A model generated the notes under the pieces. It had not been told where the DNA came from, did no database searches, and saw only the letters and a list, made by a program, of their open reading frames with translations. The translations under genes were made by a program, and so were the position numbers. Positions 20,601 through 29,557 of a DNA stretch of 64,000 bases are shown in pieces; position 1 is the first letter of the stretch; each line of letters opens with the position of its first letter. Source of the DNA: Sulfurimonadaceae bacterium. Its GTDB lineage: Bacteria; Campylobacterota; Campylobacteria; Campylobacterales; Sulfurimonadaceae. The DNA lies in assembly GCA_041562555.1 (NCBI GenBank), contig JBFEXS010000002.1:17368-81367 (forward strand), read 5' to 3'.

Positions 20601-21219
20601 AAAGCATATTCAGGTCGACCGACTTGCTGCCCTTTTGGATGGTGAACGTTTTTTTACACAAACGCTAAATGATGCCATACGGATTGCATCACACTTTGCC
20701 TCGTTTTTATATGATGAGTTTCTTCAAGAACATGATTATGTCAATGTACGGGGCGAGAGCAATGTTATTCGCTATCTTCCAATGAAAAGCGTACTCCTTC
20801 GTCTTGAAGAGAGCGATGATCTGGTCGAGATGCTTGTGAGTATTTCGGCTATCAAAATGAGCGGTGCCAAGCTCATCCTCTCACTGCCTTCTCTCTTGAG
20901 CAATGAACATAGTCTATGGCTGTATGACAAAGCATCGATGCTTTTGGATGCCCAGGACGAAGTCTATACAGAAGACCTCGGGCAGATGCTTGAACATATA
21001 CCAAGAGTAGAACGGTTACGGTTTTTAAACAAATCTACCTGTAGTCCCTCAGTCTATGCACATGCCCGTCAGCATGGCGTACATATAGCTACCGAGTCCT
21101 TCATATCCCATGGTCGTATAGAACTGATGCATTATTTTTACGAGCAGAGTGTTTCAAACTCCTATCATCGCTATGGAAACTTGGGACGCAAAGGTCTATC
21201 TTACAAGGAAAACACATGA
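17632..21219 (+). CDS. putA: bifunctional proline dehydrogenase / P5C dehydrogenase
   Basis: NLDMEEY, RLVKGAN, IASHN, YLVRRFDEN (PRODH); EAIDF, SPWNFP, AETGGK, NSGQKCSA, ELFGP (ALDH). Confidence 0.96.
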   Translation: MKITPNEFKDAKSLASQWQESISKNREPEEKKFHEMMVNMLKDPLNKVFLIELLDQSFRSQNPERIAKQIEYVFEQYEDTSIFSDFEALLIALFRSVGMWFPRLSIPMFINYLRNDISRIVIKGESKALTDHLQMRRNEGTRVNINLIGEAVLGEKEARERIEKYKDALSNPNIDYISIKISTIFSQINPLAHEWSVEQLKARLSEIYQAAMKYPFTDTQGYTQAKFVNLDMEEYRDLHLTLDAFKTTLEQDEFKNFHAGIVLQTYLPDTLKELKSLAQWAKDRVHSGGAPIKVRLVKGANQEMELTEASLRHWECVTYLKKEYSDANYKICMDFLLDPEVAPYVHIGIASHNLFDHALANILASSRQVEQYYTAEMLEGMSETAYKLLKSKGINVILYAPIATAKTFTNAIAYLVRRFDENTADQNFLRYSFGLQMRSPEWEKLLQSYDKSIEAIPFTSQMPFRTQDRNQSPHPCTTKVEDYRFKNVADTDFSLSQNRVWAVKIRDKWQNISKEGGFHAMPVVDGKPLPKKSPLRVIDKSQYHQEITVGSYTNADASDLLKAVEVAALDPDGWREKSLSQRQEILMQVGVELERRRGDLIGVAAAEVGKVFTETDVEVSEAIDFCNFYPYSVRQINSYTGIHTRGKGVGLVVSPWNFPVAIPTGGVAASLAAGNTVLIKPASNAVLCAYMMCECFWAAGVSKRTLQFIPTPGKLAGEILIPNKKIDFVIFTGGEQTAYDMLKVKPDLHLSAETGGKDATIVTSLADRDQAIKNVVASAFNNSGQKCSATSLLILEKELYEDNAFMNNLVDVASSLEVGSVWDFKNRIGALSDLPQGNLNKALHHLDPKERWALQPSYADRDNPYMLRPSIRYGTQAGDFCHMHELFGPVLSVMKADSLDEGIELVNATGYGLTSGIESLDRREQEFWKERLKAGNLYINRMTTGAIVLRQPFGGMGKSAIGSGRKAGGLNYVAQFMDIGSTGALLLKSAKHIQVDRLAALLDGERFFTQTLNDAIRIASHFASFLYDEFLQEHDYVNVRGESNVIRYLPMKSVLLRLEESDDLVEMLVSISAIKMSGAKLILSLPSLLSNEHSLWLYDKASMLLDAQDEVYTEDLGQMLEHIPRVERLRFLNKSTCSPSVYAHARQHGVHIATESFISHGRIELMHYFYEQSVSNSYHRYGNLGRKGLSYKENT

Positions 21220-22709
21220 TGCAGACACCTACCCTTATCTCATTTCTTATCTATATGTTTGGCATGATTGCTATTGGTATCTATTTTTACTTCAAAACCA
21301 ATGATCTAAGTGATTATGTACTCGGAGGCAGAGGACTAGGCCCCAGTGTGACTGCACTGAGTGCCGGTGCTTCCGATATGAGCGGATGGCTTTTACTGGG
21401 GCTTCCGGGGATGATGTATAGTGATGGTATCGTAGGCTCCTGGATCGGTATCGGTCTAGTGATTGGAGCCTATATTAACTGGCATTATGTGGCAAGGCCC
21501 CTGCGTGTCTTTACCCACCGATTGAACGATGCCATTACCATACCCGATTATTTTTCAAACCGCTTTGAAGACAGTGGAAACCTTCTACGCGTTGTCACTG
21601 CCATCGTCATCTTGCTCTTTTATACCCTGTATACCTCTTCCGGACTGGTCGGCGGTGCCAAGCTGTTTGAAGCCACTTTTGGACTTGACTACTCAACTGC
21701 CTTGATGATAGGAAGTTTCATCATAGTCTCGTACACTTTTTTGGGTGGGTACAATGCCGTTAGCTGGACCGATTTTTTTCAAGGTATCCTCATGATGCTT
21801 GCCTTGATCATCACCCCTATTGTCGTTCTTTATGACATAGGTGGTATCAATAAGGGAATTGAGATCATCGCATCCATAGATGCGACAAGACTTGATATGT
21901 TCAAGGGGACATCTTTGATCGGCATCATTTCTCTTATGGCCTGGGGGCTTGGGTATTTTGGACAGCCCCATATACTAGTAAGGTTCATGTCTATCCGTCA
22001 TGAAGATGAACTACATCGTGCAAAGCATATCGGAATGAGCTGGATGATTCTTTCGCTTATAGGTTCATTGGCCGTCGGCTTTTTCGGCTTTGTGTATGTT
22101 ATAGCAAACGGTGTCGATCTGCAGGATAATGAGAAGATATTTATCATCCTCTCCCAATTGGTCTTCAACCCGTGGATTGCCGGTTTTTTGCTGGCAGCTA
22201 TATTAGCGGCCATTATGAGTACCATCGATTCACAACTTCTTGTTTCATCTTCTGTATTGACCCGTGACATCTATCATGCACTTATACGTAAGGATGCGAG
22301 CAATAGGGAGCTTGTGTGGGTAGGTCGAGTCACGGTCATTATCATCGCGATAATTGCATGGTATATCTCGACAGATAAAGACTCCAAAGTACTTGACCTT
22401 GTAGCCTATGCATGGGCAGGATTCGGTGCATCTTTCGGTCCCCTTGTCATTCTCTCCTTATATAACAGGAACATCACCAAATATGGTGCTATTGCAGGGA
22501 TGATTGTCGGTGCTCTTACCGTAATTATATGGAAGCAGCTCCAAGGCGGTATATTCGAACTTTATGAGCTCCTTCCGGGGTTTATCGCAGCATGGATAGC
22601 CATTCTTCTGTTTAGCCCATTTGGTAAGCAAATGACATCAGCTTCACAGCAGATGTTTGATGAAGCACACCGCACACTCAATCAAAAAACATTAAAAGGA
22701 AATCAATGA
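21216..22709 (+). CDS. putP: sodium/proline symporter
   Basis: DYVLGGR, ALSAGASDMSGW, GYFGQPHILVRFM, AWAGFGASFGP; ATGA overlap with putA. Confidence 0.96.
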   Translation: MMQTPTLISFLIYMFGMIAIGIYFYFKTNDLSDYVLGGRGLGPSVTALSAGASDMSGWLLLGLPGMMYSDGIVGSWIGIGLVIGAYINWHYVARPLRVFTHRLNDAITIPDYFSNRFEDSGNLLRVVTAIVILLFYTLYTSSGLVGGAKLFEATFGLDYSTALMIGSFIIVSYTFLGGYNAVSWTDFFQGILMMLALIITPIVVLYDIGGINKGIEIIASIDATRLDMFKGTSLIGIISLMAWGLGYFGQPHILVRFMSIRHEDELHRAKHIGMSWMILSLIGSLAVGFFGFVYVIANGVDLQDNEKIFIILSQLVFNPWIAGFLLAAILAAIMSTIDSQLLVSSSVLTRDIYHALIRKDASNRELVWVGRVTVIIIAIIAWYISTDKDSKVLDLVAYAWAGFGASFGPLVILSLYNRNITKYGAIAGMIVGALTVIIWKQLQGGIFELYELLPGFIAAWIAILLFSPFGKQMTSASQQMFDEAHRTLNQKTLKGNQ

Positions 22710-23467
22710 AACGACTTGTTATAAAAGTTGGTAGTGCCGTTTTAACGGAAGAGAATCATATTGCAAAAGAACGCATGCTCAACCTAGTCTCTCTTGTTGC
22801 TGCACTGCAAGGAGTATATGACGTTATACTCGTCACATCAGGTGCCGTAGCAGCAGGATATTCTGCCCTCAAACTTGATAAGAAAAAGCAGATCGGGAAA
22901 AAAGCACTGGCAGCTGCTGGTCAGCCTATACTCATGACTGCCTACAAAAAGAAGTTTGATATCTATGATATTGACACCGCACAGATACTACTGACAGAAG
23001 ACGATTTTGATTCACGTAAACGTACCCGGATGTTTCAAGAGATCATCGATGCCCATTTGGAAAACGACATCCTTCCTATCATCAATGAGAACGATATAAC
23101 ATCCACGCCGGAGCAACTTTTTGGAGACAACGACCAACTCTCTGCGAATGTAGCTTACGCGACCGATGCTGAGCTTCTTGTCATTCTCAGTGATATCGAT
23201 GGGTATTATGACAAAAACCCTCAAGAGCATGCCGATGCAAAGCTCTATAAAATAGTCAACCACTTACCACAAGAAGCACTGGAAGATGTCTCAACAGCCA
23301 ATAATGATTTTGCGACAGGTGGAATCGTCACAAAACTCATTGCAGCAGATTATCTTATCAAGCGTAACCGAAAGATGTTTTTATGTAATGGCTTTGATCT
23401 CAGTGCGGCTGAATCTTTTTTGCTAAAGGGGGAACATACCCTTGGAACACTCTTTGAGCCTTTATAA
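22706..23467 (+). CDS. proB: glutamate 5-kinase without PUA domain
   Basis: VIKVGSA, VTSGAVAAG, PIINEND, FGDNDQLS, TGGIVTK; ATGA overlap with putP. Confidence 0.95.
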   Translation: MKRLVIKVGSAVLTEENHIAKERMLNLVSLVAALQGVYDVILVTSGAVAAGYSALKLDKKKQIGKKALAAAGQPILMTAYKKKFDIYDIDTAQILLTEDDFDSRKRTRMFQEIIDAHLENDILPIINENDITSTPEQLFGDNDQLSANVAYATDAELLVILSDIDGYYDKNPQEHADAKLYKIVNHLPQEALEDVSTANNDFATGGIVTKLIAADYLIKRNRKMFLCNGFDLSAAESFLLKGEHTLGTLFEPL

Positions 23468-23558
23468 GCAGATATAAAGTCTTAGTGTAACCCTAGATGT
23501 ATGAATTAGCTTTACCAGTCTAGAGATGATTTAAATCTATCCTTGTACAATCGCGTTC

Positions 23559-24998
23559 ATGAATTTAGACGCGCTGCAACTCGACACACCTTATCTCTGC
23601 CTTGATCAAGAGTTTTATGATGTATGTGATCCTATTCCTCTCGATCAACCCTATCTTGTCAGCTTCAACCCTAAGGCAGCCCAACTCATCGGGCTTGATA
23701 TAGACACGCATCAAGACCCTGCTCTCATAGAGCTTTTCAACGGTACCCACCTCCCCAAGGGTGCCAAACACTTTAGTATGTGCTATGCAGGGCATCAGTT
23801 CGGTAACTATAATCCGCGTCTGGGTGACGGCCGAGCACACAACCTCGGTAAAATAAAAGGCTGGAATCTTCAGCTCAAAGGAAGTGGAGAAACACTATAT
23901 TCCCGTATGGCTGACGGAAGGGCTGTATTACGGTCTTCCATTCGTGAATACCTCATGAGTGAAGCGATGTACCACCTTGGCATTCCGACGACACGTGCCT
24001 TGGGTATCATCGGTTCACAAAGCAAGGTCCTGCGAAATGACATGGAGCGTGCTGCTATTGTCATGCGTATGTCCAGCAGTTGGATACGTTTTGGTTCTTT
24101 TGAATATTTCTACTATACCAAGTCCTATGATAAACTAGAAGCACTTGCTGAGTATGTTATACAGGAATCCTTTCCCCATCTGACAGATGATGAAGACCGG
24201 TTTTTCAAAATGTTTTGCGAGACCCTTGAGCGTACGGCGAAGTTGATTGCCCAATGGCAAGGGGTAGGCTTCTGCCATGGTGTGATGAACACCGACAATA
24301 TGTCCATAGAGGGACTGACGATCGATTATGGTCCCTTTGCCATGATGGATGATTTCAACTATGGCTACGTCTGTAATCATACCGATAAGGCAGGACGTTA
24401 CAGCTACGGAGAACAACCCAATGTCTCCTACTGGAACCTGACCATGTTGGCCAAGGCGCTCTCTCCTATCATAGAGCACAAACGCATGCAGCAAAAGCTA
24501 AACGAATTTGGTGCCTTTATCTATCCCGATGCCTACATCGATGTAATGCGTAATAAGCTGGGGCTTGAGATCGAACATGAAGAGGATGTAGAACTGATCA
24601 AAGAACTTATAGGGATATTGCAAGATGTCTGTGTCGACCACACCCTCTTCTTTCGTACTTTAAGCCGTTACGATACAGACAAGAGTGAGATGTATGATAT
24701 TGTGATGGAGCCGGTAATCTTGGACAAGTGGCTTCAGCTTTACGACAAGCGGTTAAGCCTTGAAACACGTTCGCATACGCAGCGCCAGGAGTCTATGTTG
24801 AAGATAAATCCCAAATATGTACTTAAAAACCATATGCTCCAAAAGGCTATTGTCTTAGCAGAGAAAGGTGACTTTTCTATGGTCGAGACACTGTTGTATA
24901 TTGCTTCTCATCCCTACGACGAGTTGCCCGAATATGAACATTTTTCCCAAGACACCCCGGAAGAGTTTAAAAACCTTGGGCTTTCGTGTTCTTCCTAA
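23559..24998 (+). CDS. selO: protein adenylyltransferase SelO (YdiU)
   Basis: YAGHQFG, LGDGRA, QLKGSG, DGRAVLRSSIRE, HGVMNTDN, IDYGPF, C-terminal SCSS. Confidence 0.96.
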   Translation: MNLDALQLDTPYLCLDQEFYDVCDPIPLDQPYLVSFNPKAAQLIGLDIDTHQDPALIELFNGTHLPKGAKHFSMCYAGHQFGNYNPRLGDGRAHNLGKIKGWNLQLKGSGETLYSRMADGRAVLRSSIREYLMSEAMYHLGIPTTRALGIIGSQSKVLRNDMERAAIVMRMSSSWIRFGSFEYFYYTKSYDKLEALAEYVIQESFPHLTDDEDRFFKMFCETLERTAKLIAQWQGVGFCHGVMNTDNMSIEGLTIDYGPFAMMDDFNYGYVCNHTDKAGRYSYGEQPNVSYWNLTMLAKALSPIIEHKRMQQKLNEFGAFIYPDAYIDVMRNKLGLEIEHEEDVELIKELIGILQDVCVDHTLFFRTLSRYDTDKSEMYDIVMEPVILDKWLQLYDKRLSLETRSHTQRQESMLKINPKYVLKNHMLQKAIVLAEKGDFSMVETLLYIASHPYDELPEYEHFSQDTPEEFKNLGLSCSS

Positions 24999-25054
24999 AG
25001 CCTGATAAAGTCAATCTAGACTATAGTTTCATACCACATCATAAAGGATGACTC

Positions 25055-25507
25055 ATGCTAGAAGTGGCGGATATCAGTGATATAGAGCTCAAACAGCGAT
25101 GGAGGCTTTATTGGATCCAATCAGTATTTGAATTTTCCAACCTGAGGCTTCAACGTATGTCCTGGATCGAGGCTTCTGAAGTGTCCTGGCCCGATGAGCC
25201 TTGGGAATCTTCCTTTGAAGCATGTAATGACGCCTACTTCGAGAGTCTGGACCTGTATGATCAGTATGAAAAGGCCGTTGAAAGAACCTACGTAACTCCA
25301 GATGAGGCTGAACATGCCAAAAGCTTTCACCAACTCGCTCTGGCCTACATAGAGCCAGATGATGATCCGGTACTGATATTAGGCGATGAAACATGGCTTG
25401 AAGTCGTAGAAGCAGCTAAAGAGTTTTGGGAATATCTAAAAACGCATGTAGATGCGCCAAGGGAAAAAGAACTCATCAAGAAACTTGAAAACGAGTTTCC
25501 CTTATAA
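25055..25507 (+). CDS. hypothetical acidic helical protein
   Basis: 150-aa ORF with SD AAGGA; rich in Trp and Glu. Confidence 0.8.
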   Translation: MLEVADISDIELKQRWRLYWIQSVFEFSNLRLQRMSWIEASEVSWPDEPWESSFEACNDAYFESLDLYDQYEKAVERTYVTPDEAEHAKSFHQLALAYIEPDDDPVLILGDETWLEVVEAAKEFWEYLKTHVDAPREKELIKKLENEFPL

Positions 25508-25509
25508 GT

Positions 25510-26622
25510 CTATAAGAATGAGATGGCCACCTTATGCTCGTCAAACCCAAGCTTGGCACTGTCTTTTTCGCCTTTTAGAAGTTGCGTAAACTGTTCTTGA
25601 GAAACAACACTCATTCCCAGTTCTCTACCGACAAGCTTTTCCATCTTTGATTGGTTTTTATCAAAGAAATTTTTCGTTTTCTCATTTTTAACCAGTAAAA
25701 AATCGGCATTATTGTCTTTTGCTTCGACAAGGATATCCCCTGCAATCTTCAATGAAAAGCTCTCGTCTATCAATGCAGAATTGGGAGCCAAATCTTCTCG
25801 ACGTGAGTTTAAAGAGATATAGTTTGCCTGTGAGTCGTATACCAAAGACTCCAATTCGCTCCCCTCTACACCATCATAGGAAGCGATATTAAAGTCCTTG
25901 AAGAGTTGTGCAACACTTGGTTTTATTCCACTGTCCATATTCTCTTCAAAGCCGGAGATATCTGTCTTATCCAGGAATGCAGCTACACGTTTAGCCAACT
26001 TTGTCCTTGGCTTGATATATTCGAGTGCAAGATAGATCAATTTTTGGATCTTATTTTCTTCCTCGCTACGCCCTAGCCGCTTTTCCAGTGAAGTGTGATA
26101 CCAAATACCATTTACTTCACTGATAAGCAGGTCTAAAATCTCATTTCTGAGTTCAAATTTCTGTTCAATCAAGTCTGCAGCAATGATCAGAACATGATCG
26201 CCAATATAATCTCGATTGTAGTTTAAAGTGTTGGATGCATAATAGGCAAGCTCTGTACTCTTTCTATAAGCTATATTTTTTTCTGCGTCTATATATTTAT
26301 CAATCAATGAAAGTTTTTCTATGAAATCCGATCGATCAATCTTCAAATCCTCTTGCGCTCTCAACTCACTGATAGGATCGATTCTTAGATCCATTCCATA
26401 TTGAGCCACCATATCACGCACCAAGGTACGTGCATTCACATAAGAGCTGTTCACCTTAACATTCATATTGTCATCAAAACCAAAAGCATCTATGGCGTTA
26501 ATCGTATGCAAAAGGTCATTGATACTTTGCGTTGCATCATATGCAAGTGTATACTTTTTGTAATATGGAAGGTAGTCTGTGCGTGCATTGAATCTAAAGA
26601 GTTCTATATTAATCTTGTTCAT
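25510..26622 (-). CDS. cysteine-free SdhB/SdhE-like fusion protein of unknown function
   Basis: segments align by eye to SdhB (FRFNxxTDYLPxY) and SdhE (AxDNNAD, VGRE/D) from this window; own TATAAT upstream. Confidence 0.85.
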   Translation of the reverse strand: MNKINIELFRFNARTDYLPYYKKYTLAYDATQSINDLLHTINAIDAFGFDDNMNVKVNSSYVNARTLVRDMVAQYGMDLRIDPISELRAQEDLKIDRSDFIEKLSLIDKYIDAEKNIAYRKSTELAYYASNTLNYNRDYIGDHVLIIAADLIEQKFELRNEILDLLISEVNGIWYHTSLEKRLGRSEEENKIQKLIYLALEYIKPRTKLAKRVAAFLDKTDISGFEENMDSGIKPSVAQLFKDFNIASYDGVEGSELESLVYDSQANYISLNSRREDLAPNSALIDESFSLKIAGDILVEAKDNNADFLLVKNEKTKNFFDKNQSKMEKLVGRELGMSVVSQEQFTQLLKGEKDSAKLGFDEHKVAISFL

Positions 26623-26724
26623 CTATAATCTGTCCCTAACATCTAAAATTGCATCATTATAATATAAAATTTTAAAATAGGTGAATATTCAAAAAGGAGT
26701 TCCATTCTCTCAAATAGAAATGGG

Positions 26725-26802
26725 AAAAAAGAGGACGTTTCGTGCGTGAATTCTGGCAAGGCAGCCTGCAACTTGAAGAAACCCACAATACTCACACGTC
26801 CC
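26725..26802 (-). terminator. long imperfect hairpin with U tail after frdB
   Basis: minus strand GGGACGT...ACGTCCT followed by CTTTTTT; inner pairs GTGGGTTTCT/AGAATTCAC and CAAG/CTTG. Confidence 0.55.
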
Positions 26803-26810
26803 TGACAGGT

Positions 26811-27557
26811 TTATTTGTCTTTCATCATTACCATCTTACGACGTAAATAGGCGATCTTGGATTGCAAAGGAAGATCCTTCGGACAGACATCCTCACATCC
26901 CATTAAAGACATACATCCAAAGACACCATCCTCATCTCCGATAAGGTTGTAATAATCTTCATCATTCCGTTTATCCCGTGGATCAATAGCATAACGTGCA
27001 ATTTTATTCAGCCCCACAGCCCCTACAAAGTTCTCGCGCATCACCACTGTCCCGCATCCGGCGATACAACAGCCGCACTCGATACAACGGTCAAGTTCAT
27101 AGATCTCATCCGTCAGATCAGGATCCATCTTTTCTTCCAATCTGTCTACATTGACTTCCTGATTACCTTGGGCATGTATCCAAGTCTCCAGCCTGTCATT
27201 CATTCCGCTCATCCATTCACCCGTATGTACCGAAAGATCACCGATCAATCTAAACACCGGTAAAGGTGCCAAGGATATCTCCGGATCCATTTTGGATGTC
27301 AAAGTACGGCAAGCCAGACCCGGACGGCCGTTGATCACCATAGAACATGAACCACAAATACCTGCACGGCAAACAAAATCAAACTTCAAGGAGTTGTCTT
27401 GATGTTTGCGTATCTCATTTAATGCGATAAAGAGTGTCATCCCAGGTGCTTCTTCTACCTCAAAGGTCTGAACCCGCGGTCTATCCCATTTTAATTGGGG
27501 GTTATAGCGCAAGATCGATAGTTTTAAGATGCGTCCTTTTGGTTCACTGTTACTCAT
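26811..27557 (-). CDS. frdB: quinol:fumarate reductase iron-sulfur subunit
   Basis: [48 protein letters not shown]. Confidence 0.96.
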   Translation of the reverse strand: MSNSEPKGRILKLSILRYNPQLKWDRPRVQTFEVEEAPGMTLFIALNEIRKHQDNSLKFDFVCRAGICGSCSMVINGRPGLACRTLTSKMDPEISLAPLPVFRLIGDLSVHTGEWMSGMNDRLETWIHAQGNQEVNVDRLEEKMDPDLTDEIYELDRCIECGCCIAGCGTVVMRENFVGAVGLNKIARYAIDPRDKRNDEDYYNLIGDEDGVFGCMSLMGCEDVCPKDLPLQSKIAYLRRKMVMMKDK

Positions 27558-29557
27558 TTTGATTCTCCTGACAATGGTTCATATAAACGTTCATTCTTGC
27601 CTTGATACCGTTTAGGCAGCATTTCTCTAAAAGGCATCAAAGCTTCTTGTATCGCAAAGCGGTCTTTGCCTTCGGCCTCAAGTTGTTCTCTGATCTTATC
27701 CACCTCTTCCTGTCGCTTTGGCGAATCAGGATGGTGACGGGTCATATCCTTACCATATCCCCTGAATCCAGGCGGAAGTTCCATCTGTGAAATATCGATA
27801 TCCTCATAAGTCACCGTAGGAAGCATCTGGTTTTCATCAGGCCACGATGTGATGGTACGATTCAAATACTCCTCATCGTTACGCTCCGGGAAATCCTCTC
27901 TGGAATGTGCACCACGACTCTCTTTACGATCAAGGGCACCCTTCGCTACACACAGTGCAAGTTTCAACATTCTTTGAGTTCGGTAGGCATTGAAAAGCTC
28001 AGGGTTAGCCGTCAGTGTTTTACACTTTACCAATATGTTTTTGGAACGGATCAGAAGCTGTTCAAGCTCATCTACGGCCTCTTGCAGGTCTTTTCCATTT
28101 CTGAAAATCCCAACTTTTTCCATCATAATCTCTTCCATACGCTCACGCAGCATGAAGGCATCTTCAGGATTTTCTTTCTCTTCAAGTAGGTATTCCAGCT
28201 TTGCCTGTTCTTTGTCTAAGAATCCTCTGACCAATTGCGTTGAAATATCGATCTCACTCTCTTTAGTGTCACAATAGTCAGAGATATATTCCGCAACAAG
28301 CATTCCTGAGACAACGGTTTCAGCCACCGAGTTCCCTCCTAGACGGTTAAATCCGTGCATATCCCAGCAAGCCGCTTCTCCACAGGAAAAGAGCCCTTTC
28401 AGGGTTTGACTCTCTCCCCGATAATCCGTTCGGATACCTCCCATGGAATAGTGCTGTGTCGGACGCACAGGGATAGGATCGACCGCAGGATCAATTCCCA
28501 GAAAGCTCTCACATATCTCTTTGACCTCACGCAGGTTCTTTTCGATATGTTCACGCCCCAGGATCGTTATGTCCAACCAGAGATGATCTCCGTATCGGGA
28601 CTTCACACCCTTTCCTTTTCGCATGTGTTCGACCATACGGCGACTTACAACATCACGACTGGCAAGCTCTTTCTTCTCCGGCTCATAGTCTGGCATGAAA
28701 CGGTATCCGTCCTTATCCAGTAAAAGTCCTCCGTCGCCGCGGCATCCTTCTGTTGTTAAAATACCGACGGGAACAATTGCTGTCGGATGGAACTGTATTG
28801 CTTCCATATTTCCCAAAGTGGCAACACCCGTCTCTAACGCTATCGCTTGGCCCATACCCTGACAGATGACGGCATTGGTTGAGACCGCATAGATGCGTCC
28901 ATAGCCGCCCGTAGCTATCACTGTTGCCTTGGAGACATACGCGACCAGTTCACCGGTCATTAAATTACGGGCAATCGCTCCATAACAGCGTCCATTCTCA
29001 TGAATGATTGCCATCGCTTCCATACGCTCACGTACTTCTATCTTATCCTCATGCGCCTTATTATCCATAGCAAAGAGCATGGAGTGTCCTGTACCATCAG
29101 AGGTATAACAGGTACGCCACTTCTTCGTTCCTCCGAAATCACGGGCAGTGATGAGTCCATGTGCCTCTTCTTTTTCAGTGATGGTCACCTTTTGTGCGTT
29201 TATGATGACCTGATGATCTCCTGCACGAACCCGTGTCCAAGGCACACCCCAGGCAGCAAGTTGCCGGATCGCCTTTGGTGCAGTATTGGTAAACATACGT
29301 ACTACTTTCTGATCCGCACCCCAGTCACTTCCTTTGACCGTATCTTCGAAGTGGACATCTTCATTATCACCTTCACCTTTGATCGCATTTCCAAGACTTG
29401 CTTACATACCACCTTGAGCAGCTGCCGAATGCGAACGCTTAGGCGGGACAAGAGACAATAGGATACAGTCATGCCCTCTCTGTTTTACTCCGGTGGCAGC
29501 CCTTAGACCTGCGAGACCTCCACCGATCACGAGTACATCCGTATAGGTAACTTTCAT
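27554..29557 (-). pseudogene. frdA: quinol:fumarate reductase flavoprotein with in-frame TAA at codon 52 (nonsense allele or base-call error)
   Basis: ATG at 29557 overlaps the frdC stop; [17 protein letters not shown]...[16 protein letters not shown] continues in frame into the 580-aa ORF with [24 protein letters not shown]. Confidence 0.9.

Noticed and set aside
24984..24998. Possible selenocysteine at the SelO C-terminus
   Set aside because: The codon is TGT (CSS) and the stop is TAA; no in-frame TGA
27554..29296. 580-aa ORF as a complete FrdA
   Set aside because: It lacks the FAD-binding N-terminus, which is encoded upstream of the in-frame TAA
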